A stretch of DNA of 63,626 bases, filler included, from Neolecta irregularis DAH-3 (GCA_001929475.1; 8 parts of 8 records of this genome joined end to end with filler, not necessarily neighbours in it), one strand, 5' to 3'; shown: positions 24,846 through 41,456, numbered from the whole stretch's first letter. The notes: generated by a model not told the origin, from the sequence alone. Numbers and translations are program-made.

Positions 24846-25273
24846 GTAGCCGCCCATTTGTAGGCTCTTGGATATGCTCTATTCCTCCAAGCAAAAAAAA
24901 GAATCTATTTCGTTTTATCCAGTTTGTCAGAATTCCCCAGATTCCACAACCACAACCTGTGTGCGACAAGTACCAAAGCGCAATACACTCATAGTAATAC
25001 ACAGGCTGCGGTTTGAGTTTTTGTGGGATTCTGCACTGACTTGTGTTCTGTCCCACCTGTGGAATCCACCAACCCCACCATGGGACATGACACTTGGATA
25101 ATTCGTAGACAGACCAAAGAAGAGTTAAAAAACAGGGGCGCTTTATATATCATCTATAAAATTACATGTATCAAATCGATACAAGTTAGTTGTTCGTAAA
25201 TCTTGCTTGGTGGGCAGCACGATCCAGTCTCAAGTCTTTCACCGCACAAGCGAACGTGTTAATCACACTTGCC

Positions 25274-26585
<1,312 letters not shown>

Positions 26586-26905
26586 TGTTTATTCACTGCG
26601 TTTTATTTACAGTTATGAATAGATCTGAAGGGTAGAGAGAAAAAAGGGAGATGTTGATACATGTGCTCACTCGTCCTAATGTTCTACATCGTTTTCATAC
26701 AGTCGCTTCTTACTAGAGATTACAAGTGTCTCCAGAAAGATATTTCCATTCTTGGGGTTGCCCATATTTGAATAGAATATTGCACTCCCTAATCGATACG
26801 CGACTACCCTCAATATGGGCCAGGGTCAAGGCACGAACATTATCTTATTCATATAATCATGTACACATATGACAAAACGTCAACTTCCCAACTTTCTTGA
26901 AGTGG

Positions 26906-28005
26906 TTATACTTCATTCTCGGTCACTAGTTGGTTTCTATCTTTAATCACTTGAGAAACTTTACTAGCATTACTCCCGGTTTCGTCGCCGTCCTGGCCAG
27001 GCATGACAGTCTCATATTCGAGCACCTGAACATTTAGTAGTTTTCTTGCCGCAGTGGTATCAACTACCTTTAGCATTTTATAAAACCCGGCAGCAAGAAT
27101 AGCACCCAAATATGGGCCGACCCCTGAAAGTATTAATGGAATATAGCATCGGGAGATCACAATATATCCAATGGTATCCTTTAAAAGATCTCGCTACTAC
27201 TGCAGGCCCAAAAGATCTCGCTGGGTTCAGGGATCCTCCGGTATAATAAACGCCGACCAACTCGGCAATGAACAAACTCAACCCAATAACCAACGGTGCG
27301 AGGAAGGTCGCTTTATGCTGTATCGTCAATTCCTCAAGCCTCTTGATTAGGGGGTACCTTCTCAGCAGCAAGCATGAAAATCGTCAACATCAATTCGGCA
27401 GTCAAAAACATTTCTATGAAGAGTCCTTGAGTTATAGAGGCACCGCCTCCAAGCCCCGTTGCAACATTCAGACTTCCAGGCAATAAAGCTTCTATAATCG
27501 CAGCACCAATTATGCCTCCGAGTATTTGCGAAATCGACAGTAATGCTGCTCTAAACTATCATTCAAAGGACCAAATGAAAGATCTATTACCGAAGTGGTG
27601 TAATAGCCCCTGCAATTGCGAGACCTAAGGAAATTGCGGGATTGAACAATCCTCCGCTTATTCGGTAAAATATCCACACATTTACGGCAAGCGAAAATCC
27701 AAACGACAAAGAAATATACAAAAGCTGCGAATTGTTTGTATCACCTGACGGCGAATTTGCACTACAAGATGTTACCGATTCCTTGAAATTTCAAAACGCG
27801 CCGAGTTACTTTGCAACATTCGTTCCGCCCAGTGCGAATATCATGAAGAGAGCCGTCCCCACGAGCTCGCCCAACTGCTTTTCAGATACCTAGAACGCAG
27901 ACAAGATACCATTGCAACAAAGTCTACTTTTAGCCTAATGTTGCGACTTAAGACCTTACGATTTTTCATTTTGAGATCTCGGAATCCTGGCGTCTTGGAT
28001 ATCAT
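26906..28005 (-). CDS. Orthodox aquaporin (MIP family), multi-exon; start uncertain
   Basis: [27 protein letters not shown] and [16 protein letters not shown] (two NPA motifs), HWIYWVGP. Confidence 0.9.
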
Positions 28006-29650
28006 TGTTACCAACAGTCTTGTCACCGAAGTAATGTGTTTTGTCGGGAGTGGTATCTTGCGTATTTATGTAAATTCAATGATCGTCATGAGCTTCGTCG
28101 ATTCAATCAGACCTGCACACGCAAACCCATTAGCTATCTGTACGACAGAATATGGGAAACGAGATATATTCTACCAAATTCTATCGTGTGTAATACCGGT
28201 CAGAGAAACAGCAGTGATATTCCACCCTGGAAAGGCAGCACAACGAAGAACAGGGGTTTATCCGAGTATCAGGTTATTTAATCTTCTTCTGCGGCCATTC
28301 AATTCACTAACCGCTCAATTGATAATAAAATCTAAACGAATACCTGCCGCGGATGTCCATTTATTTCATATTTTAAAGTTTAGCTTTCAAGATGGTCCGA
28401 AATTTATATCGGTGCGGTAATAAATCCTTACTTCAACTGAACTCGGCGAATAGATATGCAAAAACGGAAAAACAAACAAATACCACAACTCGACTAGACA
28501 CCGAAACATCTTCTATCACTCTGAATCAAAGGAGGTCGTGATTTGTTCAACCTAGGGTAAAGTCGGACAGTTGGCTAACACTTGGAGCTTGCTGAGCGTA
28601 ACATTCTTTCGGGTATTCAGCTCGGTCGTCAAAGCATCTATCTGCGTAGATCGAAATTAGGCTAAATATCTCTTCCTTTCAAGAAAACCTGATTCGTAAA
28701 TATCGATCTACCTTCAATTATGTTCTCTGAAATGTATCATACGTAGACATCAACCATTTACATCCCACACACTGTACAGTCGCATCGCTGCATTCTGTAG
28801 CACATGATCTCATAATCTTGTTCAATTTTCTTTTTCCCAATATACAAACCCAATAGACCCTTCTAGTCAATAAATCAGACACTTGTGGGACCATGGTCTT
28901 GAACAGGATACATTCCTCCATTTTCATGGGTCAATCCGGAACTCTGCGGAGGGCCAGCAATCTCATATTCGAAATACTAAGAGTGGGTCTAGAGAATGAA
29001 TGAAGAGGAACGTATCAACCTTGATGAACTAGCAGCCCATCTGGAGATCAATTTCGAGAAATGGGCCACCCCTGGTAGTAACTGGGATTTATAAGTAAGA
29101 GAATACATCCGGGACCAAATGATCTCGAAGTTCAGCGATCCTTTTGTATGACATGGAATGAAGAGACCGAATCTAAGCCGATAGGCACTAAAGAGAATTC
29201 ATGATTGATATACCAGTCGTATACCTTCTCGACACATAAATGTAGATTGTGAACACGAGTTCTGCGATTGTAACCGGCTGAATAAATAAGCATTGAGCAA
29301 CACCCGTTTATCCGACTAGTTTATTTGAACGTTGAGGCTTTCAGATTTCGGTCTCGAGAATACTTTGGGTTTTTTTATCGCGCTAGAGAGCGCGATGTCA
29401 TAATAACGGCAATTGTGTTTGGCGCCACCACGTTTTTGTGGGGACTAAAGAAAAATTCCCTAACAAAAAACAAACATTTATCACTAGGTGCCTATGAACA
29501 ACTGATAGAACAACATTCCCCCTTCGCGAATGGCAAGAGGATATTTGAAGGAGAAAATATTGTAAACGACAGATCGGCCTCACACACGGCTCTTGGACAA
29601 AGCAATCTCAGCCAAACGAAGATAAGTATCCGTTCCCATTCAACAATCAT

Positions 29651-31154
29651 TCAACTTTGTTTACATTCATTGGGATCCTGTTTGACTTGTCCGCTGCCTT
29701 CTTCTTCGCTCTCAACCTCGTCAATCTCCTCGAGGTCTGAATCTGGTTCGTCTTCAAACACATCATCTAGAATATGAATTATAGATTCAGGACCCAAGTA
29801 CCTTCATCAAAATCATCCTCGTCATCGAGTGCTTCATAGGCAAGAGCGGCACCAGTAAACCAGTCGACTGCACGAGGAATCAGCTTTTCCTTGAAATCCT
29901 CACCGAGTTGATAGTCGAGTTCTGTATGTACGTTAGTAAAGAGTTGAAACGTATCAGGATACCGAGTTTTTCGTCGAGCTCGTCATCAATGTCATCTGAC
30001 TCGAGGGCTTGAAGAGGTTTGAAGAAATTGAAAAAACTGTCGGTGGGGAAAGTCTTCTTTATGGTTCGTGTCTGATTGGTGTCTGCAAGGTAAGCACCAA
30101 ATTCAGAATGCCGTACTTTTATTGCGCTGCTTTTTTGTTTCGACCTTTACGGCGAGGTTTTTCCCTTCCTTCCAGTTGATATGAGTGCCCTCTGCATGAC
30201 TGTAAACAAAGTCCCCGCCATAGCCAACTTCTTCTTGATAAAAGTACGTTTTAGTAAGGATGTCATTCGAAAAGAACTCGTTCTGTTTGAATTCAAAGTC
30301 TAATTTGAATCCTGGTTTATCGAAATATTGACACCGAATATCGACAAGGGATTTCAGGGCTTCTTCATCTTTTACTGTTATGAGCTCTGCCAGGATGATA
30401 TTGTTTTTCAAAGCAGTCAGCCAAAACTCTGGGATTCCTTTCATTGTGTCATCCGGAGTTGACTCTGGGATTTCGAGAACGACTTGTTGCGCAGAATTGC
30501 CCTTCTCTATCTCTTCCATAGCTGGTTCTGCTTTGCCATTGACAATGGCGGCCCGTCTATCGTACAGAGGTTGATACTTTTGCAGATACTTCTTTTCTAG
30601 CGCGAGAATCTCGGCTTGGAATTCATTTTCAAGTCTTTGGTGGTCAATCTGAAGGCCTTGAACCCCAAGGAGTCGACGCCGAACGGATGCTGGAAGCGAC
30701 TCGATATACCCTGAAGACTTTCCAACGAGATTATTCAGCTTTCCCTGAATCATTGAGAGGACGGCAGGATTCTGAGCCAAGGCAGACACATCGGGCTTGT
30801 CGTTCCCTGGGTAAAATTAGCATTGACTGAGTAACGATCGAGTAGAATGATGAGGCAAGGGGTCGGAGTTTGGGTTGCGTGGCAGAAGCATGTGTAGGAT
30901 ACCAAAGCCTACGTCATTTTGCTTCAAATGCCGCCTGTATATTCGTATGGAAAACACTGCATGCAAGGATGTAGAATATGCAGTAAAGAAAATGCAAAAC
31001 AAGGTCGACCTGACGCACCTTCCTCATCGATCTTTTCGACCGTAGGCTGTCTGGCGACAGAACCAATGGGAGCACTGGTTGCCGGTGTATTTTGTGGTGT
31101 GGGAGCTGAAAGACCTTCCAAACGCTTGTTCTTGATATTAACGTTCTCTGCCAT
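29651..31154 (-). CDS. NAP1: Nucleosome assembly protein 1
   Basis: [54 protein letters not shown]-terminal ECKQS*. Confidence 0.95.
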
Positions 31155-31454
31155 GTCGTAGTGGAATGGAGGTTTGCAGGGAAGAGGTCTTGTGTAGGGC
31201 CGGGGAGTGAGAAAAAGCTGAAAATAACCACCCTTACTTGTTTATCCTACACCACCATCCAGTACATGGATATGCTGCATTGTGTCTAATATCTGTCTTT
31301 AAACAAACAACGGTATGTTGGATGTATATATGTATACATTGGGGAAACCCCCCTAAAGAAACACTACACGCGCCTATTGATAGGCTGGCTTTGCTTTGAG
31401 ATCAACCATTAACCTCCACTGCTTCTTTATTATCCAGGCATATAATCTAAAGGA

Positions 31455-34400
31455 ATGGCTTCGTTCGATCCCGGAACGTACATTGCATCTCCTTTTGCTG
31501 CACAATGCTGACTTTTTGTGCAGTGTATGCTGGTTTCCCGACGAGAAAGAAGGATGGGTCAGTTATCACGTCACAGATAAACAGGTCGATGGGGATATTG
31601 TCAAGCTTACCCTACTTCCTGATAACGAGAATGCATATCTGCCAGAATGGAGCGTGTCTAAGCGTGATAGGAAGGACCAGAACAAAAGGTAGAAACAACT
31701 GTAAGCGAACTCCAGATTGCCAATAATGGAAAACTCCCGCCTTTACGTAATCCCCCCATTCTTGAAGCTACAGAAGGTGCAAAAATCTGCTTAATTGAAC
31801 CTGCAAGTAACCTTTGTAGATCTAACGAATCTGTCATATCTAAACGAACCCGCAGTCCTCAACACCATCAGAACCAGATATGCTCAACTACAAGTACTGA
31901 TACGTCTACTAATCTCTCTTACAGTTAGATTTACACCTATTCTGGTATCGTTCTTATCGCGACGAATCCTTTTCAGAATATGTCTCAGATATATTCGCAG
32001 GATATCGTTCAAGCGTATGCCGGTCGACGACGAGGAGAGCTCGAGCCCCATTTATTTGCTATTGCTGAAGATGCTTATCGATGTATGCTCCGTGATAATG
32101 CAAATCAAACAATCGTCGTATCAGGTGAATCAGGAGCCGGCAAGACTGTTAGCGCCAAATATATAATGCGTTACTTTGCTACGGTTGAAGATCCAGATAA
32201 ACCGCCAAAGAAAAAAAAAAGTACTCTGACCAACGGAACAAAGAAGGGTGAGATGAGCAAGACAGAAGAGCAGATTCTTGCAACCAATCCGATTATGGAA
32301 TCATTCGGCAATGCAAAAACCACTCGAAATGATAACTCCTCACGGTTCGGAAAATACATAGAAATCTTGTTTGACACAGCATCCGAGATCATTGGTGCAA
32401 GGATACGTACTTATCTTCTGGAACGATCTCGGCTTGTGTTTCAACCCAAGATTGAACGGAATTATCACATATTCTACCAACTTTGCGCGGGTGCACCCTT
32501 TGGATTACGAGCAGAACTTGGTCTAGGTTCAGTTGATGATTTCTATTATATGAAGCAAGGTGGCGAGCCAGTCATCCATGGAGTTGATGATGCCGCGGAA
32601 TTTCGGTTGACTTGCGAAGCTTTAGATACAATCGGAATCAAGTCCGAGCGACAAACACAAATATTTCGGATTCTTGCCGCATTGCTTCATGTAGGCAACA
32701 TCCCTATTCAAGCTTCGCGTACAGATGCAACCTTATCGCCTGACGAGTCGAGTCTGGTTAAGGCATGTGATCTCCTGGGCCTCGATGCTGCATCGTTTGC
32801 TAAATGGACTATCAAGAAACAAATTTCCACTCGAACGGAGAAAATCATTACAAATCTTAGCCAGAAGCAAGCGATTGTTGTACGAGATTCTGTCGCCAAG
32901 TACATCTACTCTAGTCTTTTTGATTGGCTTGTTCGAACGGTAAATGTCAGTCTTGCAGATGACCAAGTTCGGAGTCGTGTACATACATTCATCGGTGTAC
33001 TTGATATCTATGGATTTGAACATTTCCAGAAAAACTCATTTGAGCAATTTTGCATCAATTACGCCAACGAAAAGCTTCAACAAGAGGTACTACTTTCATG
33101 ATTTCGAACTGCACTCATTTTAAGTTCAATCAGCATGTATTCAAGTTGGAGCAGGAAGAATATGTTCGTGAACAGATCAACTGGACCTTTATCGATTTTT
33201 CAGATAATCAGCCCTGTATAAATCTCATCGAAGCGAAGTTGGGAATTCTCTCTCTTCTTGACGAAGCATGATTGGAAAATTGGGTTTAAGACTGACAATG
33301 TAGGAAAGCAGACTACCATCTGGAACCGATGATACCTGGGTCACTAAACTGTATCAACACTTTGCAGTCCCAAAGCACGAAAAGTTCTTCAAGAAGCCCC
33401 GATTTGGAAAGACAGCTTTTACTGTGTGCCACTACGCTCTTGATGTCACATACGAAGCCGAAGGGTTCCTCGAGAAAAATCGGGATACTCTGCCCGACGA
33501 ACACCTTGAGGTTCTCATCGCCTCAGAAAATAACTTGCTCAAAGAATGCCTTCAGGTTACAGCTGAAACGCCGCCAAAGGTTTTTTTTTCCACACATTCT
33601 TGTCTGATCCTCAGGCGCCCGAAAGTGGCATTCCTAAACGCAGCGGCATGAGTAGCAGGAAGCCCACTCTTGGTTCTATTTTTAAGGGTTCACTTATCGA
33701 TTTGATGACAACTATCGACTCTACAAATGTCCACTATATCCGATGCATTAAGCCCAATGAGGCTAAAATTGCCTGGAAATTTGAGCCCCAGATGGTTTTG
33801 AACCAACTTCGGGCATGTGGTGTTCTCGAGACTATCCGAATCAGCTGTGCGGGATTTCCTTCACGATGGACATATGAGGAGTTTGCTACCAGATATTATC
33901 TCCTTGTCCGTTCAGGTCTTTGGAGTCCTACCATGGATATCAAGGAGCTATGTACCGGAATTCTGAAGCATACTATTACCGAGGAGGATAGGTTCCAGAT
34001 GGGTCTTACTAAAATCTTCTTCCGAGCGGGAATGGTAGCAGTCCTTGTTACTTCAAGAGCTTAACAAAATTTAGCTGGCTTACCTTGAAAGACGACGCAG
34101 TGATCGATTGAATGCATGTGCAATCATTGTGCAGAAGAATATGCTGAGATATTTATATCGAAAACGATATATTCAAATCAAGAGATCGGTTTTGGCTATT
34201 CAGGCTTTGACTAGAGGATACATTGCTCGACAGAAAGCCAAACAAATGCGAGAAGATAGAGCTGCGACCAAGATTCAATCAGTGTATAGAGGATGGAAGA
34301 CCCGCCAATCGTACGACCAGGTCCGCCTTCAAATTATCAAATTTCAAGCAGGTCCGTTATTTGTCTCTGAAAAAGCTGATTTGAAGTTGCTCGAGGTTGT

Positions 34401-36758
34401 TTTGTAAGAAGCCAGTTCAACCGTCTCAGATCTGAACTGGCGGCTGGAAAGATCCAGACTGCTTGGAGAAGATAGTGCGTTGAATTTTAAAGAAATCATT
34501 TGCTAACTATCAGCCGAGCGCGCAAGAATTACATACATATCTACAGAAATGTTATCTATTTGCAATGTTGCTATCGTAGGAAGATGGCGAAGAAAGAGCT
34601 CAAGCAACTCCGAATTGAGGCAAAATCTGCGAGCCACTTCAAGGAAGTCTCGTACAAACTGGAAAACAAAGTCGTTGAGCTTACTCAAAACCTTACTAAG
34701 CGGACACAAGAGAATAAAGTACTGTTGTCTCAAGTCGCTGCTCTTGAAATATCTCTAAAAGATTGGCAAGATCGGCACTTGAGCTCGGAAAACCGATTAT
34801 CTGTCCTTCAAGATGAAGCGGTAAAGGGTAATGAGGCTATTGTAAAGTTGGGTCTCCTTGAAATTGAGATGCAGTCATTACAGGCTACTTATGCGGAAAC
34901 AAAAGCAAAAATAAAGAATATGGATAGAGAAAGTACAATTCTTCGAACAAGCCTTACCTCAAAAGCCGCTGAGCTTGAGTCGGCGTTGATTCAACAAGCA
35001 GATAGCGAAGCAATCCAATCATCTCTATCGGCCGAAGTTGAAAGACTTCGAGACGAAGTTCAACGATTGAGTATTCCTGGAGTTCTTGCTTCGCCTTCTT
35101 GCAATGGGAATCTATCGAGAAAACCTAGCCAGCTCTTGGCGCCGGTTGCCGGTAAACGACAGAATCGAGGACTTAGACGACGTAGCGCGAATGCTACTCC
35201 GATTAAAGATCATCTAGCGCATAGTGTGTACAATCCTCGACCAGCTTCACTGGCTATCACTCCGTCGAGATTGAGAAATGCCCTTAGCAACTCTGGAACG
35301 CCCAATGGGCTTAGTGGAATATCTTCCGTGGACGATGAAGTGAGGCTTGGTTTTAGTCACTACTGATGATGTCAGATTTTGAACATCTTGGAGGACGATG
35401 ATTTGATGAATGAAGAGGTTATGCTGGGTCTGATTCAGAGTCTCAAAATCCCTCAACCAAGTTCGACAAACCCCCCATCTGAACGTGAGATCATGTTTCC
35501 GGCGCATCTTATCAACCTTATTACATCAGAAATGTGGAAGTATGGCTATGTCAAGGAGAGTGAACGTTTCTTGGCCAATGTGATGCAGAGTATCCAGCAA
35601 CAAGTGATGGTATTCGCTGATGTGACGAGACTTGACTGGGATATAGACTTACGAGGGAGAGGAGGCAATCTTGCCTGGCGCTTTCTGGATTTCAAACGTA
35701 CACGAAATGCTCTCCTTTGTGTTTATCGCGGAAAAAGACATGCTCTTGAATTCATCTTCCGAGATGGATGAAGCAGAATGGCAAGAATTTGATCGCTTGG
35801 TGTCGATTGTCAAACACGATCTGGAGAGTCTAGAGTACAATATCTATCATACATGGATGAAAGAACTGAAGAAACGGCTTTATAAGATGACCATTCCGGC
35901 AGTTATAGAATCGCAGTCGCTGCCAGGGTTCCACACTACCGATGGAAATCGGTTTTTCAATAAATTGTTACCTGGAGCGCATAATCCGATGTACAGCATG
36001 GACGATCTGCTGAACGTTCTTAATAAGGTTCACAAAGCAATCCGCAGTTACTATGTCGAGCAGTCGATCGAGCATCAGACGTTTATCGAACTGCTCAAGC
36101 TAGTTGGGGTAACCGCGTTCAATGACTTGTTGATGAGGCGGAACTTTCTCTCTTGGAAGCGGGGGCTGCAGATCAATTACAACCTTACCCGGATTGAAGA
36201 ATGGTAAGTAGCAAGTATGGCTTTGCTGACAGGGTAAGGTGCAAGAGTCACGAAATGCCAGAGGGTGTACTTCAGCTGGAACATCTCATGCAAGCCACGA
36301 AGATGCTTCAACTCAAAAAGTCTACGCTGGGCGATATTGAAATCATTTACGATATCTGTTGGATGCTTACGCCGACCCAAGTCCAGAAACTTATCAATGT
36401 ATGTCTTCCTGCATGGATACGGGGTGACTCTCAAGCAATATTATGTCGCAGATTACGAACATCCTATTCCTTCTGATATCCTCAAAGCTGTTGCAATGAG
36501 GGTCAAAGCGGATGATTCAACCGACGCCTTGCTGCTGGATGCTGTTCCCTTGGACGACAGTGGCTCTTACGAGATTCCTAGTCCGAGGGAGATCAAAACG
36601 TTGGAAACATACGTCCCATCATGTACTCCTTTTACCGAGAGCATCACTGACGAATAGGGCTCCAAGTTCCAAGTGTGAGGAAACTGTCGCAGCTGGTTTC
36701 GCAGTCAACGGGAGTCGAACCGCCCTCGTCACCCGGCGTTTCGACAGACACATTGTAG
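31455..36758 (+). CDS. MYO2: Class V myosin heavy chain (Myo2/Myo52 type), multi-exon
   Basis: [35 protein letters not shown] motifs, coiled coil, DIL cargo domain ([16 protein letters not shown]). Confidence 0.95.
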
Positions 36759-36853
36759 AATACAGGTTATCTTTTCGGAATGTCGTACGGATGGGTGGAG
36801 CTAATGTGATTTCACGATCGAGTATATGTAATGATCTATTTTTGATTCCCAAA

Positions 36854-38143
36854 CTACGTGAGCCTATAAATGGGACCAGCACCTGTTGTAAGTTGAATGA
36901 AAGTAGAGTTCCAAGGACGAACCTGAATCGCCGTCGTAGATAAACATGTTGGAAATGGGACACTCGCGCCCACACAAAACATTGAGGACATCTTGTCCGA
37001 GTACTCCACCCACGATAGCAGCTACGGGCGACAGTTCTGTTGCAATGCCGTCAAGAAACGAGCAATTTTTCAGCGGGATATGTGTGTGGCAGTCGTACCC
37101 AACAATATGATCGGCCAATATAGAGTCTGGTAATCCAAGCCTGAGAATGCGACTCCGCACGTCTTCTTGGAAAACCTCGAGATCGGCAATGGTGGGCAAC
37201 CTTTTCTCCCTCTGCTCAAACTCCAATGCAGCAAACCGTCAGTCACACGATAATGCTCCTGAGGATACCCAGCACGCATCCAAGCACAGGCGACACCTTT
37301 GCAGCCGTTTTGTTCTTTAAAAACTTGCCGAATTCACTTTGCAGAGCCTGTGCAAGCGCGACATGGGATTCATGCCTCTTTTCTATCTTCTTCGTCGATG
37401 CGGCTTTCTTGTCGACTGGCGGGACCTGGATTTCTCTGAGCCGTCAGTAGAGATATAGAGGAGAAGTGACAATATATAGTCGTGTTCGATGATGTCTGCA
37501 AAAGTGTATGCGTAGAGACCATAAAGAGAAGCTGCGTAAAAAGGCTTGCCTAGATTCCTGGTAATGCCAGAAAAATGGAGCTTCCATGAGATACATAGGC
37601 AAAAGCAAGACTACCAAATCGTCGAGATTCAAGTGTGTGGCGATGATGATGTCAAACTGGGAAAAGAAGTCTGATTGCAAGGAAAGAACGGGTTCTGTGA
37701 CAACATTTACAGTAACTCTGGGGTTGAGTTTGCGAATAGAGTAGGCAGCGGCTTGTGCTTTCTACGAGGATAAGATGCAAACGGATGACGATTGTACATT
37801 TTTGCCAATGTCTGCTGAGGATAGCAGGAACTGCGAGCCGAGGTCTTCTAGAGTTACTGAATGGGAATCGAAGACGGAGAGCTGGCCGATGCCTGCGAGC
37901 ACAAGGTTCTTTGCAATCTCGTTTGACAGGGCAGAGAGATTTATAATCAGGACATGGGCAGTGCGCATCCTGATGGATGTAAAGCGGGGTATGAGAATGG
38001 ACTGCTGATACCTGGCCTGAGCATCGATGCCCCATAGACGGATCTGCCTGTCGTAAAGGGCAAGTTCATCTACGGTAAGCTGAGGACTCAAGGGATATAT
38101 GCATACCTGGAGGGAAGGTGGTGGAGGTGGAGGGGAGAGTCAT
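36854..38143 (-). CDS. AOS1: SUMO-activating enzyme subunit 1 (Aos1/Rad31), multi-exon
   Basis: ELALYDRQIRLWGIDAQAR, NEIAKNLVLAGIG, ELSPVAAIVGGVLGQDVLNVL...P..N. Confidence 0.9.
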
Positions 38144-38893
38144 GGTGGATGGTTTGGGTTTTGAGATGACGTCAGAGCGTTTGAGGTGGAGGTTTAAGGA
38201 CAGAGTTAAGGATTTGTGTTTGCAGTCACCAGAAAAAAATATCATGATATTTTAAAATAGGGAATATCGTATTTGTCGGTGGAAATTATCATTTTGGGTG
38301 CGTTCTGTGGCAGGCTCTCTTCCAGCGCAACAGGCAGAAGGGGAGAGTTCTGGGGCTGAAACACTTCGTCTGGAATTGACGATGGTTGACGAGGCTGAAT
38401 CACCAAAGCCAAAGTCTATGAATCGGGAGCAAGTGAAATCTACGAGGCCTTTTGCCATCTGGGACTCGCTGAGGGATCGTCTGCGCAGGCATAGGGTTCG
38501 GCGAGAGCGTGGGAGTCATTGTAGATGTGGTATCTNNNNNNNNNNTAGGAGGGGTTGTTTATGGTGGCGATGCATTTCAAGACACACGCCCATTCGTCTG
38601 AGAGACACTTTGAGGGATCGTCTGCGCAGGCATAGGGTTCGGCGAGAGCGTGGGAGTCATTGTAGATGTGGTATCTGACAGCGCGTTTTAGGAGGGCAAA
38701 GGGGTTAGCAATAACTGTTATTGACTCATTCCTCGTCATTCCCTATTACCACCTAATGACGGTTCTTATCTTAGCTCCATTCCTTAGAGCCACNNNNNNN
38801 NNNNNNNNNNNNNNNNNNNNNNNNNNNNNNNNNNNNNTTAATTAATTAANNNNNNNNNNNNNNNNNNNNNNNNNNNNNNNNNNNNNNNNNNNN

Positions 38894-39932
38894 TAATGCT
38901 GATCCCGTATTATCACGATCGTATGCACCTATTGGAACTATTTGATGATGACGAGAGGTCCGTTGGTAGCCTATAAGATTCATAGCTCCTAAAAACATTT
39001 TCAAGGCAGGTTCGGACTGGATTTTCTGATTGGGACCCACTACAAACATGACTGGTGTTGGTCCAGACAGACTGTAGAGTATGATAACGTAATCTCCGTT
39101 GCCATATGAAACGATGAAAAGGCAAAGGTTTTCTCCATGGATAAACAAAGACTTTTTTATTGGATCAAAAACGGTAGTGAAATCTCGACCAATGTTGTGG
39201 CTGAATATATCGAGAAAAGCCAGCGCAATTATGTCTGAGAATTCCGAAGATTCAGGCCATGATTTGAGGCCAACGCCGATTTCTTCATCGATCGAATGTC
39301 TAGAGATTGTGCGTTCAATGCTGATTTCTTCATCGCCAGAGAGTTTGCGTCGTTTAGCGTCTCGCTCTCCTGAATCACGGGCAGCTGACAAAAGACCATT
39401 TTCCTCAATAATATCGACTACAGTTACTGGTTTTCCATTCACCGCAGACTCCCAGCAGCCAAGCAAAAAGGATTCCCAGTATTTATCCTGTACGGATTCT
39501 GGATATCCCGTTTGAACGTCCTTGATCCACTCTTGACTGGATTTTATATTGCGAGAAAACTCATTTTCCAAGTCAACTTTTCGTGGTTCCTTGAAACTAG
39601 ATTATCAATTTCCATAGTGTCACAGGTGCTTACTTGGCGCGTGCTATCATTGGATGCCTAGATGTAGCATGCGGTTTAAAATCCGTGTACTCAGATGTTA
39701 CACATTGGATTTTTTCGTTCGTAGTAATGACGACGGCGAATGAATTACAGAAATACTTTTCCAAGAAGCATTTCTCTGCACATTTCTCTATCTTCTCTTG
39801 TACGAGGGGTTTGTCAAGGCCGCGAACACGAGGATTACACAAATTAATTTCGACCTTTGTGAAATGACCGAGATATGAGGCAGCGCAAAGGAGATTCGTA
39901 TGAAGCACGATCGACCATAAGAGCTTAAACAT
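38894..39932 (-). CDS. Putative secreted protein with N-terminal PAN/apple-like Cys motif (3' end in gap)
   Basis: Signal-peptide-like MFKLLWSIVL..LLCAA and CAEKC...FCNSF...C. A canonical 37-nt intron 39597-39633 joins ORFs 39630-39932 and 38846-39571 in frame. Confidence 0.55.
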
Positions 39933-40341
39933 AGTATAGGGAATGGACTGCGTAGAGAAAGGATGCGGTATAGTGAAGAGTTGGGTAACCTGATGGCATC
40001 AAGCCTTTAGAGATGTCACAAGGATTCTATTTCGCCTTGCTGTCTCTGAAAAAGCCACAAATGATGAAACATTTGGCTGAGGTCAGCCAAGAGTTGAAGT
40101 AGCAATATCCAGGCGCCAAATCAAGCGCAGCCACCACTGTTTGAAGATGAATATTCTTTTTGATGANNNNNNNNNNGAGGTCCGTTGGTAGCCTATAAGA
40201 TTCATAGCTCCTAAAAACATTTTCAAGGCAGGTTCGGACTGNNNNNNNNNNNNNNNNNNNNNNNNNNNNNNNNNNNNNNNNNNNNTTAATTAATTAANNN
40301 NNNNNNNNNNNNNNNNNNNNNNNNNNNNNNNNNNNNNNNNN

Positions 40342-40601
40342 TGACATGTACTACAAGGCTTGTTTTTATCACATTTTGTCTTTCTTTGGCGGCATTTCTG
40401 ACATGCAGTCACGGTGCGAGTGCCAGTTGAGGAGGGCATTGTTTTGAAAGACAGAGATGAAACGGTGGCGGGTATTGAAAGAAGAGATGGAACATTGGAA
40501 CGAATTTTTGGTTTCCTAGTATCATCATTGCCAACGTTGATTCTAACTGTCCGATTCGACGAAGGAAAATCATCTAACCTCAAGGGGGAAGCCTGCTCCA
40601 T
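40342..40601 (-). CDS. Zn(II)2Cys6 transcription factor, N-terminal fragment truncated by gap
   Basis: TACQKCRQRKTKCDKNKPCSTC. Confidence 0.8.
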
Positions 40602-41456
40602 GGGTTATAGTTGTGAATTTCTAGTAATTAATTGAGCCAGCACCGGTCTGTTGAATAAAAACGGTAAGATCGTATGCGCTAATCGCGATGGTACCGAATT
40701 TCTGGAGCTGCTAAAAATGCTATTGGGATGAGATCGCTATCTAGGACATACTTAGTCCTCATCGTAGTTTATATCCTATAGGTGTGAAACTACAATGTTC
40801 ATTTCCACCAATTTAGAAAGCCGTCAGTTTAGTGTCAGAGGTAGCTCATAAGTGAATCGATTAAATATCAAGTATTCATGCAGAAGACGAGACTCCAATC
40901 ATCCCTTACCGCCCCACTCGCACCAGGATACTGTTGACAAATCCGATACTGCCTTTCATTAATTGATCTTCAAATTCAACGTAGAGACAAACTATTGCGC
41001 CCATAGTATTCCTTCATATTTTGGTCTACGCTCCTTCATTGGTTATTGTCAACTATGTATCTTTCAAGTTTCATTCTGGAAGCCACTCATAACTAGGATA
41101 TCCATGGTTTTAGTCAAACATGACGCTGGCTAGAATCAACTAGACAGGGGTCTTAGGTTCCACTATACTAGCATATAGAGTTGCGGGGATTTGGAGATTG
41201 CAAAGCACTCCCAGTTGTACTAAACAAGGCCGATCTACAAAATTTCGATTGGTTAGATCGACATATATCTATTAGATATGTTGTTTATGGCCGGTGTAGT
41301 TGAGTTTGTGAGACAATGCTGCAAGAAACAACACTAATGTGGCATTTGAGATCCTTTGATCGTAATATTTTATAGTCAAGTCATCAATTTCTCGTAATAA
41401 GTCACATTGCATGTATAATGAGACTTGTGCTACCTGTTAATAAAACATATACTTTG

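Noticed and set aside
36854-38143. E1-like gene as Uba4, the Urm1 activator, extending the cluster
   Set aside because: Motifs (YDRQIRLWG, AKNLVLAGI) are Aos1-type with no rhodanese domain, and the gene lies beyond an artificial contig join.
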